Positions 1-9,195 of a DNA stretch of 64,000 nucleotides are shown one piece after another. The stretch lies in NCBI GenBank assembly GCA_030427205.1, contig JAUHXC010000051.1:1336-65335 (forward strand), in the 5' to 3' direction. Source of the DNA: a bacterium (GTDB lineage Bacteria; Myxococcota_A; Bradymonadia; UBA7976; UBA1532). Under the pieces are notes generated by a model that ran no database searches, was not told the origin of the DNA, and was given only the letters and a program-made list of their open reading frames with translations. Both the position numbers and the translations under genes were made by a program. Each line of letters starts with the position of its first letter. The first letter of the stretch is position 1.

Positions 1-1208
1 GACGGCAGCTCTACGAGAAGGGCCCGGTCGCGGTCACCTACCACGGCTCGACCGCTGACGACGACGCGCTGTGTGGGGTCGGCGCCGCGGGGATCTGCGT
101 CAAGACCGAGGCCGCCCGGCCCTATTTCTCTCCCCGGCGACGCAAGCTGCGCATGCTCGAAGAGCTCGAGACGGTCGAGTGGCGGCCGATGGGTGGCGGC
201 GAGGCGCAGGTGCTGTGGGCCGGCTATAACGTGCCCGGCTACCCGCGGGTCGCGCCGGATGGCGGGTCGATCGCTTTTGTCGAAGACATCTTCGGCTGGG
301 CCAAGGCCCCCACCCTGATCGCCGACGGCGAGGCGAAGCGGCTGCTCGTCGACCCGCAGCGCTATTTCACCCAGGCGCAGCCGGCGCCGGGCGCGGGCGC
401 GGTGGCGATGTTCGCCCAGGCCGAGCGCCGCGGGCCGCGGGGGGTGCTGGTGCTCGACCGCGCGGGCGAGACGCTGCTCGATCTGCCGCCGACCGGGGGC
501 AGCTACGACGGCCTCACCTGGGGCGACGCGAAGAGCCTGCTGCTGCTGCAGACGCCGCCCGCGCCGCCGGGCGCCGAGGCGGATGACGAGGGCGATGGGT
601 CGGACGAGGAGAACGCCGACCCAGCGGAGCCCGCGGTCGATCCGGCGGTCCGGCCTTTTGTGGAGACCCCCGCCCAGACCCTGTGGCGCGTGCCTGTCGA
701 CGGCGGCGAGCCGACGGTGCTCTACGTCGCCGCCCCCGGCGAGCGGCTGCGCTGGATGCGGCGGTCGCCGGACGGCGCGCGGGTGGCGTTCGAGCGCCGC
801 GTCCAGCGCAGCCGCTCGCCAGGGTCGCCCGCGGACGAAGCGCCGGCCGCCGATACCGAGCCGCTGCCGGAGCCGGGGCTGGCGGTGCTCGATCTGAGCG
901 CCGAGCCGGCGACGCTGACCGCCCTGCCCCTGCCCCGGCGGGTCGAGGCCCCGAGCTTCTCGCCCGATGGCCGCTGGCTGACGTTCGAGTACAACCCGCC
1001 GGGCAGCCGGGACGAAGAGATCGCGGTGATCGATCTCTCCGCGGCGGATCCCGTCGCCAGCCTGAAGGTGCTCACCGACAACCCCGAGCGCGATCGCTAC
1101 CCGGTCTTCGGCCCCAAGGGTGAGCGGATCTACTTCGAGCAGCTCGGTGAGGATCCCAACAACCGCCGCCGCGGGGTGAGCCTGATCGCGTCGGTGCCGG
1201 CGCCGTGA
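1..1208 (+). CDS. TolB-like periplasmic beta-propeller repeat protein (5'-partial, continues upstream of the window)
   Basis: The same frame as ORF 153..1208 stays open back to base 3, and it has high third-position GC. It carries repeated SPDG / FSPDG(R/A)W(L/V) motifs typical of TolB/WD40-like beta-propeller blades. The stop at 1206-1208 overlaps the next start (ATGA). Confidence 0.6.
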   Translation, partial: RQLYEKGPVAVTYHGSTADDDALCGVGAAGICVKTEAARPYFSPRRRKLRMLEELETVEWRPMGGGEAQVLWAGYNVPGYPRVAPDGGSIAFVEDIFGWAKAPTLIADGEAKRLLVDPQRYFTQAQPAPGAGAVAMFAQAERRGPRGVLVLDRAGETLLDLPPTGGSYDGLTWGDAKSLLLLQTPPAPPGAEADDEGDGSDEENADPAEPAVDPAVRPFVETPAQTLWRVPVDGGEPTVLYVAAPGERLRWMRRSPDGARVAFERRVQRSRSPGSPADEAPAADTEPLPEPGLAVLDLSAEPATLTALPLPRRVEAPSFSPDGRWLTFEYNPPGSRDEEIAVIDLSAADPVASLKVLTDNPERDRYPVFGPKGERIYFEQLGEDPNNRRRGVSLIASVPAP

Positions 1209-3295
1209 GCGCCGCCGACACCGCGTTCGACTTCGACGCCGGCGCCCACCGCTTGCGCCGCCGGACCCGCTGGGCCGCAGCGGGCATCGCGCTGGGCTCG
1301 GTCCTGCCCTACGAGGTCATCGCCGGTCGCCCGCAGTACATCTGGGATCTGGCCGACGAGCTGCCGCCGGCGGGCCTGCTGGCGGTCTGCGCCCCGGCCC
1401 TCGCCGGCCTGCTGATCGCCGTCGCCGGCTGGCGCGCGCGCCGCCCGGGCTCGCTGGGCTGGATCGTCCTGGCCACGCTGATCGGCATGCGCCTGGTCAT
1501 CGACGTCGGCGCCGACGCCGCCGCCTGGGGCGCGCTCGGGCTGCCGGAGAGCGTGACCGCCCGCCAGGGCTGGGCCCTGCTCGCGTTGGGGGCGACCGCC
1601 GCCGGCGCGACGCTGACCTTCAAGGCCCACGCCCGCCGCGCGGGGCACGGGCTGCTCATCGCGGCGGTGCTCGTCGCCGCGGCGTTCTTCGGCTGGCCCG
1701 GCCGCGGCGAGGCGCCGATCCGCACGATCATCCGCGCCGCGGGCGCCTTTGGCGATCTGCCCGATTGGCGCTTTCAGCTGGGCATGCTCGTGGTGGGCAC
1801 GATGGCGCTGTGGCCGGCGCTGGTGGCGCTGGCCGGCCTGCTGCACCTCAAGCGGCCGGCGCGGGACGATCACCCGATCATCGCGCTGGTCGCCCTCTAT
1901 GGCCTGCCGTTGCTGATCGCGATGCTGGTCTTCCGGGCCGTGCCCGGCGCGGGCGATGGGTGGAGCATCTTCGTCGCCCTGGGCACCATCGCCGTGCTCG
2001 CCGCCACCGTCGCGCTGCTCGCCTCGGCCCTCGAGGCGGCCGTCGAGGCCACCTTCGCCCCGCCGCCCGGGGTCGAGCCGCCGCCCGGGTGGCCGCCGCG
2101 CACGACCGCGGCCCTCGCCGGCGGCGTGATGCTGCTCGTCGTCGGCCTGACCGTCGCGCTGGCCCGACCGCCGGAGAAGGGCGTCGAGTGGCCCCTCGGA
2201 CCGCGCACGCCGCCGGCCGACGCGGTCTTCACCGAGCAGCTGCCCGCCTGGAACCGCGCCCGCCTCGCCTGGGATAGCAGCGCGCGCACCGGCAGCGGGG
2301 CCACCGCGTTGCTGCGGGTCAAGGCAGCCGGGCGCTCGCTGATCGAGGCGGCCGAGGCGGTCGACGCCGGGCTGGCGCGCGCCCTGGCCGACATGGTGGC
2401 CGGCGCCCGCGACCTGCACGTCGCCGGCCGCACCTGGTATCGGCTGGTGGCCGCGGTCAACGAGGCCAGCCGCCTCGCCGGTCTGCCCTATTATCTCGAC
2501 CCGACCGTCTTCACCTTCCAGACCGCCGACGGGCCCGGGCGCCACTTCCGCATGCGCACGTTCGCCGTCGAGAAGGTCCGCCGCTTCGACGTCGAGGACC
2601 AGCCGTTCGCGACCCTGCACGTCCGGCGCATCGACGTGCGCGACGCCGGCAGCCGGCTGCTCGGCTTCAGCCGCGACGTGCAGCGCTTCGCCCTCGTCGA
2701 CCTCGACGAGGCGAGCCGCTTCGAGACCTCGCTCGCCGAGAGCGCGCTGGCCGAGCCGCCGCTGTGCGAGACGATCGAGGTCGAGGACGCCGGCCCGGGC
2801 CTCGCCCGCTGCGGCGCGGTGCTCGCCGAGCTGCTGCGCACCCTGCCCGATGGCCTGACCCCGGCCATCGTCGCGACCACCGACCGCCACGAGCTGCAGC
2901 ATCAGATCGATGGGCCGCACCTGCCGCTGTCGTCGGCGGTGCTCGCGCGCCTCGGCGGGCGCCATCCGCGACTGCAAGAGCGGGTCAACCGCGAGCTGTC
3001 GGCCTACGTCGCCGAGCTGACGAGCCCCGACGCGCCGCCGACGGTGGGCTTGATCCACCTCGTGCGCTTCGCCCTGCAGGGCGGCGGCTATCTACATCAT
3101 GTGGCCATGATCGCGTTCGAGACGATGGTCGATCGCCCGCTGGACGACGGCTTCGGCGGCCCCGATCACCGCGCCGTGGCCGACGCCTTCGCCCAGCTCG
3201 CCGCCCTGCCGCCCGATGTCCTGCGTCAGCGCGCCGCCGACGCCTGGGCGACGCTGTTCGGCGAAGGGTTGGCCGAGGTGGCGTCCGTCGACTGA
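1205..3295 (+). CDS. polytopic membrane protein with a large C-terminal soluble domain (hypothetical)
   Basis: The 696-aa ORF has strong GC3. Multiple hydrophobic helices sit in the first ~330 aa. The ATG overlaps the upstream stop. The antisense ORF 1130..3058 translates as Arg/Gly-rich junk. Confidence 0.7.
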   Translation: MSAADTAFDFDAGAHRLRRRTRWAAAGIALGSVLPYEVIAGRPQYIWDLADELPPAGLLAVCAPALAGLLIAVAGWRARRPGSLGWIVLATLIGMRLVIDVGADAAAWGALGLPESVTARQGWALLALGATAAGATLTFKAHARRAGHGLLIAAVLVAAAFFGWPGRGEAPIRTIIRAAGAFGDLPDWRFQLGMLVVGTMALWPALVALAGLLHLKRPARDDHPIIALVALYGLPLLIAMLVFRAVPGAGDGWSIFVALGTIAVLAATVALLASALEAAVEATFAPPPGVEPPPGWPPRTTAALAGGVMLLVVGLTVALARPPEKGVEWPLGPRTPPADAVFTEQLPAWNRARLAWDSSARTGSGATALLRVKAAGRSLIEAAEAVDAGLARALADMVAGARDLHVAGRTWYRLVAAVNEASRLAGLPYYLDPTVFTFQTADGPGRHFRMRTFAVEKVRRFDVEDQPFATLHVRRIDVRDAGSRLLGFSRDVQRFALVDLDEASRFETSLAESALAEPPLCETIEVEDAGPGLARCGAVLAELLRTLPDGLTPAIVATTDRHELQHQIDGPHLPLSSAVLARLGGRHPRLQERVNRELSAYVAELTSPDAPPTVGLIHLVRFALQGGGYLHHVAMIAFETMVDRPLDDGFGGPDHRAVADAFAQLAALPPDVLRQRAADAWATLFGEGLAEVASVD

Positions 3296-4668
3296 TCGCG
3301 CGGCGCCGCGCCACGGCACCAGGCGGTGTATTCCGGCTGGGCCGCGTCGTAGGCGGCGCCGTCGAGGCCGAGCTGCGCGAAGCTGCGGTCGACGCTGTAG
3401 TTCTTGCGCTCGCGCGGCGCGTGCGCGGTCGGCACCCCGTCGGGCAGGGTCTCTTCGTCGAAGCAATGGGCGTAGACCGCCCGCATCGTGGACTCCAGGT
3501 CGCGCACGTAGGCGTCGAACGGCAGCGCCAGCCGCCGCGGCCCGTCGGTCTGCCCGGCCTGGCCGAACCACTGCATCTCGCGCTGGTTGTAGAGCCGCTC
3601 GGTCTCGGCGAGCCCTTCGACCAGGAAGCGCCACGCCGGCTTGCCCAGCGCCGGCTCCATCGGGTTGCTCCACAGGAAGTTGATCATGCTGCGCAGCCGC
3701 TTCGAGGGCTGGCGGGTCATGGTCAGGAAGCGGCCGTCCGGGTACCGCGCGGCCAGCGCGTCGGCGGCGGCGAGGAAGTGCCCCTTGACGAAGACGCGCT
3801 GCTCGGGCCGGTTGCCCGCGAAGAGCAGCGTCTTGCGCAGCGTGCGGTCGAGCAGCGCGACGAAGGTCTCGGTCATCAACCGGTCGGTGGTCGGGCCGGG
3901 CGCGCCCTGGCCCAGCTCTTCGACGAGCACCTGCGGCCCCAAGAACGGCGCGAAGCGGTTGAGGTGCATGGTGAGCAGGCCGATCTCGAAGGTATCGGGG
4001 CCGAAGGCATCCAGCTCGTGGCGCTCGGTGAACTCGAGCGGCATCCAGCGCTCGAACCAGCCGCGCACGGTGTCTTTGTCGACCAGCCGCCCCACCGTGG
4101 CCGCCGCGAGGCGCCAGAGCCAGAGGTAGGGCGCGAGGATCTGCAGCGCGCCGGGCGAGACCACCCGTGGATCCTGCTCGATGTAGTGCGCCAGCTGGGT
4201 GCTGCCGCTGCGCGCCGCGCTGATCTTGATGATCGGCGCCCGCACCTCCACCGCTGTCAGCGCCCGCCCGTAGAGCAGCTCGTCGAGCATCCAGGCCAGC
4301 CCCAGCAGCGGCGCGCGGGCCAACGTGCGCAGGATCGCCGCCGAGAGCCGCACCTCGAGCAGGCGCGACATGCCGGGTTCGGGCGGCGCGCGATGCCAGA
4401 CGAGGCCCAGGTAGTACAGCGCCTGCGCCGGGCGGACCATGTTCGGCGGCAGGCCCCAGACAGCGGCGCCGAGCAGGACCAGCAGCCAGAGGGGGCTGAG
4501 GGCGAGCCCGATGGCCATGATGAGCACGAGGCGCAGAGCCGCGACGGCCATCGCCAGCGGCCCCGTGGAGGCCGCGCGATCGGGCTCGCCGGGCAGGCGG
4601 TCGGGGTGCACGACCCCCGGCACGATATAGGCCGGGGCATCAGCGGGAGCGGTTTGAGCGTCGGTCAT
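3226..4668 (-). CDS. membrane-anchored sulfotransferase-family protein
   Basis: The N-terminus has 2-3 TM helices (LAMAVAALRLVLIMAIGLALSPLWLLVLLGAAVWGL). It carries the motif ISAARSGSTQLAHYIE, which resembles the PAPS-binding PKSGTT/RSGST loop of sulfotransferases. The 3' end overlaps the convergent gene by ~70 nt, so its exact end is uncertain. Confidence 0.5.
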   Translation of the reverse strand: MTDAQTAPADAPAYIVPGVVHPDRLPGEPDRAASTGPLAMAVAALRLVLIMAIGLALSPLWLLVLLGAAVWGLPPNMVRPAQALYYLGLVWHRAPPEPGMSRLLEVRLSAAILRTLARAPLLGLAWMLDELLYGRALTAVEVRAPIIKISAARSGSTQLAHYIEQDPRVVSPGALQILAPYLWLWRLAAATVGRLVDKDTVRGWFERWMPLEFTERHELDAFGPDTFEIGLLTMHLNRFAPFLGPQVLVEELGQGAPGPTTDRLMTETFVALLDRTLRKTLLFAGNRPEQRVFVKGHFLAAADALAARYPDGRFLTMTRQPSKRLRSMINFLWSNPMEPALGKPAWRFLVEGLAETERLYNQREMQWFGQAGQTDGPRRLALPFDAYVRDLESTMRAVYAHCFDEETLPDGVPTAHAPRERKNYSVDRSFAQLGLDGAAYDAAQPEYTAWCRGAAPRDQSTDATSANPSPNSVAQASAAR

Positions 4669-4791
4669 GAATCCTCGCAGCGAGGCGGCCAGAGCTACCG
4701 GATGGCCCGCGGCCGGACAAGGCGCTGGCGCCGAGTGCCCCGACTCTGGCGCGCTCGGCCCCCCGGACGCTTGGCGATTGGCGATTGGCGA

Positions 4792-5871
4792 TCAGACGGG
4801 CAGCTCGACCTCGAAGCGGGCCCCGCCCAGCGCAGCGCTTTCGCTCACCGTCACCCGCCCACCCATCAGCTCGACGCAGCGCCGGACGGTCGCCAGCCCG
4901 AAGCCGTGGCCCGACGCCGCGCTGCCCAGGCGCACGAGCGGCTCGAAGATCCGCTGGCGGGACTCGACCGGGATCCCCCGGCCGTTGTCCTCGACGATCA
5001 GCGCCGTCCGCCCGATGCGCGGCTCTGCCGAGAGCCGCACGATGGGCGCCCGATCGGCGGGGCAGTACTTCAGCGCGTTGTCGAGCAGGTTGTAGACGAC
5101 CTGCCCGACCAGCGTGCGATCGCCCAGCACCGTCGGCAGCGACGGGGGCAGCTCGATCTGCGCGCCGCGCTCGGCGATGCTCAGGGCCAGCCGATCGACG
5201 GCGTTCTGCGCCGCCGCCGACAGCGACACCGGCTGGCTCTCGATGGCGGTCGAACCCAGGCGGGCGTAGTCCAGCAGCACCTCGACCAGCTCGGCGAGCT
5301 GCACCGCGAGGCTGCGCGAGGCGTCGACGAGCGGCGAGTCGCTCTCGGCGGCGATCAGGCCGAGGAAGCCCTCCAGCGTGCGCAGCGGAGACTTGAGGTC
5401 GTGGCCCGCCGCGCGCAGGAAGAGCTGCAGATCGGCGTTGCGCAGCGCGAGCGCGTCGCGGGTGAGCGACAGCTCGTTGCGCTCCTGGTTGAGCTCGCTC
5501 TTCAGCCGACCCGCGCCGGTCACGTCGACCAGCCAGTGCACGCGCACGGTCGGATCGTCGCTCTTGACGTGCACGCTCAGCTCGTAGAACCGCTGCCCGC
5601 CGCTCGGCCCGGTCCGATTGAGCCAGGGCAGAACATAGGGCTCGCCGCCGGCCACGGCCTCCTCGATGGCCTGCTCGGCCCCCAGCAGCTCGGGCAGCGC
5701 GTCGGTCAGCGGGTCACCGGCCGAGAGCGTGCCCCAGACGTGGCGCGCGCCGCCGATGGCCTGCACGACCAACGCGGCGTCGGTCAGCGCGCAGCCGATG
5801 CCACGGCGGGTACACAGCTCGTCGAAGAGACCGTCGAAGCCGATCCCGTCGCCCGTCGGCTCGCGGCTCAC
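4792..5871 (-). CDS. cytoplasmic sensor histidine kinase (HisKA + HATPase_c)
   Basis: An H-box is present (FLRAAGHDLKSPLRTLEGF), along with N/G1/G2 boxes (LLDNALKY, EDNGRGIP, GHGFGLA). The listed ORF start at 6195 gives an Arg/Gly-rich N-terminus overlapping the GTPase gene. The likely start is the GTG at 5871, which overlaps the GTPase TGA (GTGA). Confidence 0.85.
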   Translation of the reverse strand: MSREPTGDGIGFDGLFDELCTRRGIGCALTDAALVVQAIGGARHVWGTLSAGDPLTDALPELLGAEQAIEEAVAGGEPYVLPWLNRTGPSGGQRFYELSVHVKSDDPTVRVHWLVDVTGAGRLKSELNQERNELSLTRDALALRNADLQLFLRAAGHDLKSPLRTLEGFLGLIAAESDSPLVDASRSLAVQLAELVEVLLDYARLGSTAIESQPVSLSAAAQNAVDRLALSIAERGAQIELPPSLPTVLGDRTLVGQVVYNLLDNALKYCPADRAPIVRLSAEPRIGRTALIVEDNGRGIPVESRQRIFEPLVRLGSAASGHGFGLATVRRCVELMGGRVTVSESAALGGARFEVELPV

Positions 5872-6365
5872 TTGGCCAGCAGGGCCCGGCCGAGCGTGGC
5901 GAAGGCCTCCTCCACCCCGTCGCCGGTGCGCGCGCTCGTCGCGAACCAGCGCGCGTCGAGCCGGGCCGCCTGCTCGACGATCGCGCCCGTGTCGATGGCC
6001 GGGGCGAGGTCGCTCTTGTTGGCGCACATGATGCGGGGCACCGCGCCCACCGCCTGCACGAGGCTGCCCACCTCCTCGTCGATGGTGCCGAAGGTGCGCG
6101 GGCGGGTCGTATCGCCCACCAGGATCGCGCCCGACGCGCCCTTGAGATAGCTCGGGCGCAGCCCTTCGAAGCCCTCCCGGCCGCTGATGTCCCACAGCAT
6201 CAGGGTCAGCGCGGTGCCGTCGATCGTCAGCGGCTTGCGGCTGACCTTGACCCCCATGGTGCTGAGGTACTTGTCGTCGAAGGCATCCTCGACGAAGCGC
6301 CGCACCAACGAGGTCTTGCCGACCGCGAAGCTGCCCATCATCACGACTTTCTTGAAGATCGCCAC
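5868..6365 (-). CDS. Ras-superfamily small GTPase
   Basis: Motifs present: G1 GSFAVGKTS, a switch-I Thr in YLSTMGV, G3 WDISGRE, and G4 CANKSDL (NKxD). The likely start is a GTG preceded by GGGGGAG. The N-terminal 36 aa of the listed ORF look non-coding. Confidence 0.8.
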   Translation of the reverse strand: MAIFKKVVMMGSFAVGKTSLVRRFVEDAFDDKYLSTMGVKVSRKPLTIDGTALTLMLWDISGREGFEGLRPSYLKGASGAILVGDTTRPRTFGTIDEEVGSLVQAVGAVPRIMCANKSDLAPAIDTGAIVEQAARLDARWFATSARTGDGVEEAFATLGRALLAK

Positions 6366-6447
6366 CGTGCTCCCCCGGACGTGCTCCGCGCAGGCTACTC
6401 CCCCGGCCGCCGTCGATCCACCCCGACGCGGGGGCAGGGGCGGGCTC

Positions 6448-6482
6448 GTCTCAGAGAAACGGCTGCGTCTCATCTCGTCTCA
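6448..6482 (-). promoter_or_regulatory. three GTCTCA (TGAGAC on the minus strand) direct repeats in the promoter region of the GTPase-kinase operon
   Basis: GTCTCA at 6448, 6467 and 6477, with 19- and 10-bp spacing. Located in the 358-bp divergent intergenic region. Confidence 0.3.
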
Positions 6483-6724
6483 GCGGCCTGCGGCACCCGG
6501 CGGATCGCGCCGCCGCGGTCTCCAGCCGCGCCGCGCCCGTTGGGCGATGAATCCGGGCCTCGCGCTCGGACGGGCCGCCGGAACAAGACATGGCATACAG
6601 CGTGCAGTACCGCAGTGGCACATGGCGCGCGACGCCGACGCGGCGAGACCGAGAGACCGGCGGCCGCCGTAACCCACAGCGCAAAACATCGCTCGAATAC
6701 GCCCCAACGCCTCGGAGACGACCG

Positions 6725-7159
6725 ATGATGCACGACCCCGACGACCTGTCCGCCCGCCTGTGGACCGCCTCCGAACAGATCCGGCTCACGGCCACCGCGC
6801 TGGCGTGCATCGCCGAGGGCCTCGACGCGGTGGACGAGGCGATGGTGCCGCACATCGCCCGGCTCGAGCACCGCGCCGCCGAGCTGATGCGCACGACGCT
6901 GCGCCTCGCCCGCGACGCCGGCCTCGCCGAGTCCTGGGGTCTGGAGCTGCTCTTCAGCGGGTCCGAGCCGAGCCGGCCCCGGCGGCCGCAGCCCGCGGCC
7001 TCGCAGTCGATCGAGCTCGATCCGCTGCCGCTCTTCGATCCCCTGCCGCCCCCGCCCGTGCGGCGGCTGCAGCCGGTCCGCGCGCCGTGGACGGCGCAAC
7101 CGACTTTGCCCGGCGCGTCGGAGCCGGGCCTGCCGGTCGAGGTCGAGCTGCCGATGTGA
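6725..7159 (+). CDS. hypothetical protein (~144 aa, Pro-rich C-terminus)
   Basis: GC3 is very high in this frame starting from an ATG ATG pair. The antisense frames give Ser/Arg-rich junk. No recognisable domain. Confidence 0.45.
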   Translation: MMHDPDDLSARLWTASEQIRLTATALACIAEGLDAVDEAMVPHIARLEHRAAELMRTTLRLARDAGLAESWGLELLFSGSEPSRPRRPQPAASQSIELDPLPLFDPLPPPPVRRLQPVRAPWTAQPTLPGASEPGLPVEVELPM

Positions 7160-7221
7160 CCCGCTCGGCCCGCGGCGCCGAGATCCGGCCTGTACGGGGC
7201 CGTGGGCGGCATCAGGGCCCA

Positions 7222-9195
7222 TCAGGGCCCCGGCACCTCGAGCCGGATCCGCGCGACCCGCCCCGCCGAGCGCCCCGTAGCGGCGCGCCGCATCACCGCC
7301 CCTTGCAGCCGCGGATCGGTCAACAGCCGATCGGCCACGACGTCGGCCCGCGCCCGCCGCAGCTGGGCGTTGCGCCGCGGGCTGCCGGAGGCGTCGGCGT
7401 GCCCCTCGACGACGAAGCGCAGCCACGGGCGGGCCTGACGCAGGCGAGCCATGTCGCTGAGGGTCCGGGTCAGCATCGCCTCACCCGCGGCGGTCAGCTC
7501 GGCGACGTCGGGGCCGAACTCGATCTCCACCGCCTCGACCCGCGCCTCGGCCGCGTCGAGCGCGTCCACCGCCGCCGTCACGTCCACCGCGTCGATGCCG
7601 TCGAGGGCGACGCCCCGGCGCTCCGCGCTCTCCAGCCACGCCGCGGGCGCCTCGCCGGTCACCACCAGCGTGCCGCCCTCGAGTCGAAGCTGCGCGCTGT
7701 CTGGCGGGTCGAGCAGCAGCCGCGCGCGATCGAGCCGCTCGTCGATGATGCGCAGCGATCCGCTCTCGACCCGGTGCACCCCGGGCACCAGCGGCAGGAT
7801 GGCCCCGTAGCGCTGCCACCAGTCGGCGGAGGCCTCACCGAAAACGGTCACCGTCCCCCGATCGAAGACCAGCTCCACCCCGTCCGGCGCATCGACCGCC
7901 ATGTGCAGCCGCCGCAAGACCAGATCCGGGTGATGGGCGTGGTAGGCCTCGAAGTCGGCGCTCCACTCGTTCAGCCCGAGGCCGTGCGCATCGAAGATCG
8001 ACACCGGTGAGCGGGCCAGCGGGTCGCGCAGCCCGCGCACGTGGTGGTGCGCGCCGTCGCGCTGGGCCTGAACGACCACGATGCCCGGCTCGCGGTCGAG
8101 GGCGTCGAGCACCATCTGCCAGCGGGACTCCGCCTGCCACGCGGCGAAGACGGCGTAGCCGATGAGACCCACGACGGCCAGCAGCAGCATCACCGCCGGC
8201 CACAGCCGCGGCGCGGGCGGATCGGGCGAGCGCTCGACGAGTTCGAGCAGCAGGGGCTCGATGTCGGCGAAGCGATCGACGTCGCCCTCGAACTCCACCA
8301 GCCGCCGATGGGTCCGCTGGTCGATGGTGTCCATCGTCTCGTCGATGACCCCGCGGAAGGCGGGATCGGGCGCGCCGGCCAGCTCGACGGCCAGCACCGC
8401 GCGCGCCGTATTGGCGATCCAGACCGTCTTGTCGCCGATGGAGATGCTCTCGACCGCCTCGTCCTCCCCCGCCCCGAAGCCATCGTGCAGGTACGACTGC
8501 ACCGCGGTGAGCATCGACGAGACCACGTCGGGATCCTGCTCGACGGCCCCCGCGCCGCCGGACGCGGAGACATGGCGCAAGAGGATGCCGGTCTCGGCGT
8601 GGATCAGCAGCGCGCGCACCACCCGCCAACGCAGCGAGCGCAGCAGCACGATCTCGCCGAAAGAGCGCCGGGTGACCACCGCCTCGACCCGCCAGGCCAC
8701 CGAGCGAGGCGAGAAGCTCTGGTCGAGCAGGCGGCTCAATTCGGCCAGCCGGGTCTTGAGCTCCCGGGCGACCCATTGCCGGATCAACGCGCCCATGACC
8801 GGCGTCAGCGCCTCGACGACCCGCGCCTGACCGGCCTCGATGAAGTCGTCGAAGCCGCGGGCCACGACCGGCTGCATGCTCGCCGCGAAGCGCGGATCGT
8901 CCCCTTGCCGCCGCACCGCCTCGGGCAGCACCCGGGCGACCTCGTCGGCGCGGATGTCATCGACGTCCAGACGCCCTTCGAGCGCGTCGAGCCGGGCCTG
9001 CTCCGGGGCGACGAGCAGGCCGCGCAGCGCGCCGTAGTCGTCGCGGGGCTCGGCAGCGTCACGGGGCTCGGCAGCGTCACGGGGCTCGGCGGCGTCGCGA
9101 GGCCCGGCCCGTTCGGGTTCGACCGGCTCGACCGGCTCGCGCGTGGAGACCTCGCCCGGCACGGCCGAGGCCGGGCCGGGCGGATCGTCAGCCAT
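7222..9195 (-). CDS. membrane protein with a Roadblock/LC7-like domain, one TM helix and a C-terminal OmpA/MotB-like peptidoglycan-binding domain
   Basis: The C-terminus (FVVEGHADASGSPRRNAQLRRARADVVADRLL) matches the OmpA_C consensus. One TM helix (LWPAVMLLLAVVGLIGYAVFAAW) is present. The N-terminal cytoplasmic part has three EPRDAA repeats. A segment (RVVRALLIHAETGILLRHVS...VSSMLTAVQSYL...ISIGDKTVWIANTARAVLAVELAG) follows the Roadblock/MglB fold pattern. Confidence 0.7.
   Translation of the reverse strand: MADDPPGPASAVPGEVSTREPVEPVEPERAGPRDAAEPRDAAEPRDAAEPRDDYGALRGLLVAPEQARLDALEGRLDVDDIRADEVARVLPEAVRRQGDDPRFAASMQPVVARGFDDFIEAGQARVVEALTPVMGALIRQWVARELKTRLAELSRLLDQSFSPRSVAWRVEAVVTRRSFGEIVLLRSLRWRVVRALLIHAETGILLRHVSASGGAGAVEQDPDVVSSMLTAVQSYLHDGFGAGEDEAVESISIGDKTVWIANTARAVLAVELAGAPDPAFRGVIDETMDTIDQRTHRRLVEFEGDVDRFADIEPLLLELVERSPDPPAPRLWPAVMLLLAVVGLIGYAVFAAWQAESRWQMVLDALDREPGIVVVQAQRDGAHHHVRGLRDPLARSPVSIFDAHGLGLNEWSADFEAYHAHHPDLVLRRLHMAVDAPDGVELVFDRGTVTVFGEASADWWQRYGAILPLVPGVHRVESGSLRIIDERLDRARLLLDPPDSAQLRLEGGTLVVTGEAPAAWLESAERRGVALDGIDAVDVTAAVDALDAAEARVEAVEIEFGPDVAELTAAGEAMLTRTLSDMARLRQARPWLRFVVEGHADASGSPRRNAQLRRARADVVADRLLTDPRLQGAVMRRAATGRSAGRVARIRLEVPGP

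Noticed and set aside
1130-3058. 642-aa minus-strand ORF, with similar large antisense ORFs at 2764..6150, 6760..8010, 19330..21822, 29619..32927, 34344..35765, 36567..38891, 41994..44087, 44604..47123 and 49975..51405
   Set aside because: All translate to Arg/Gly/Pro/Ala-rich sequence without hydrophobic cores. Each overlaps a better-supported gene on the opposite strand.
5872-6195. N-terminal 108 aa of the listed histidine-kinase ORF
   Set aside because: It overlaps the GTPase coding region in another frame. It is Arg/Gly/His-rich. A GTG overlapping the GTPase stop gives a sensible start.
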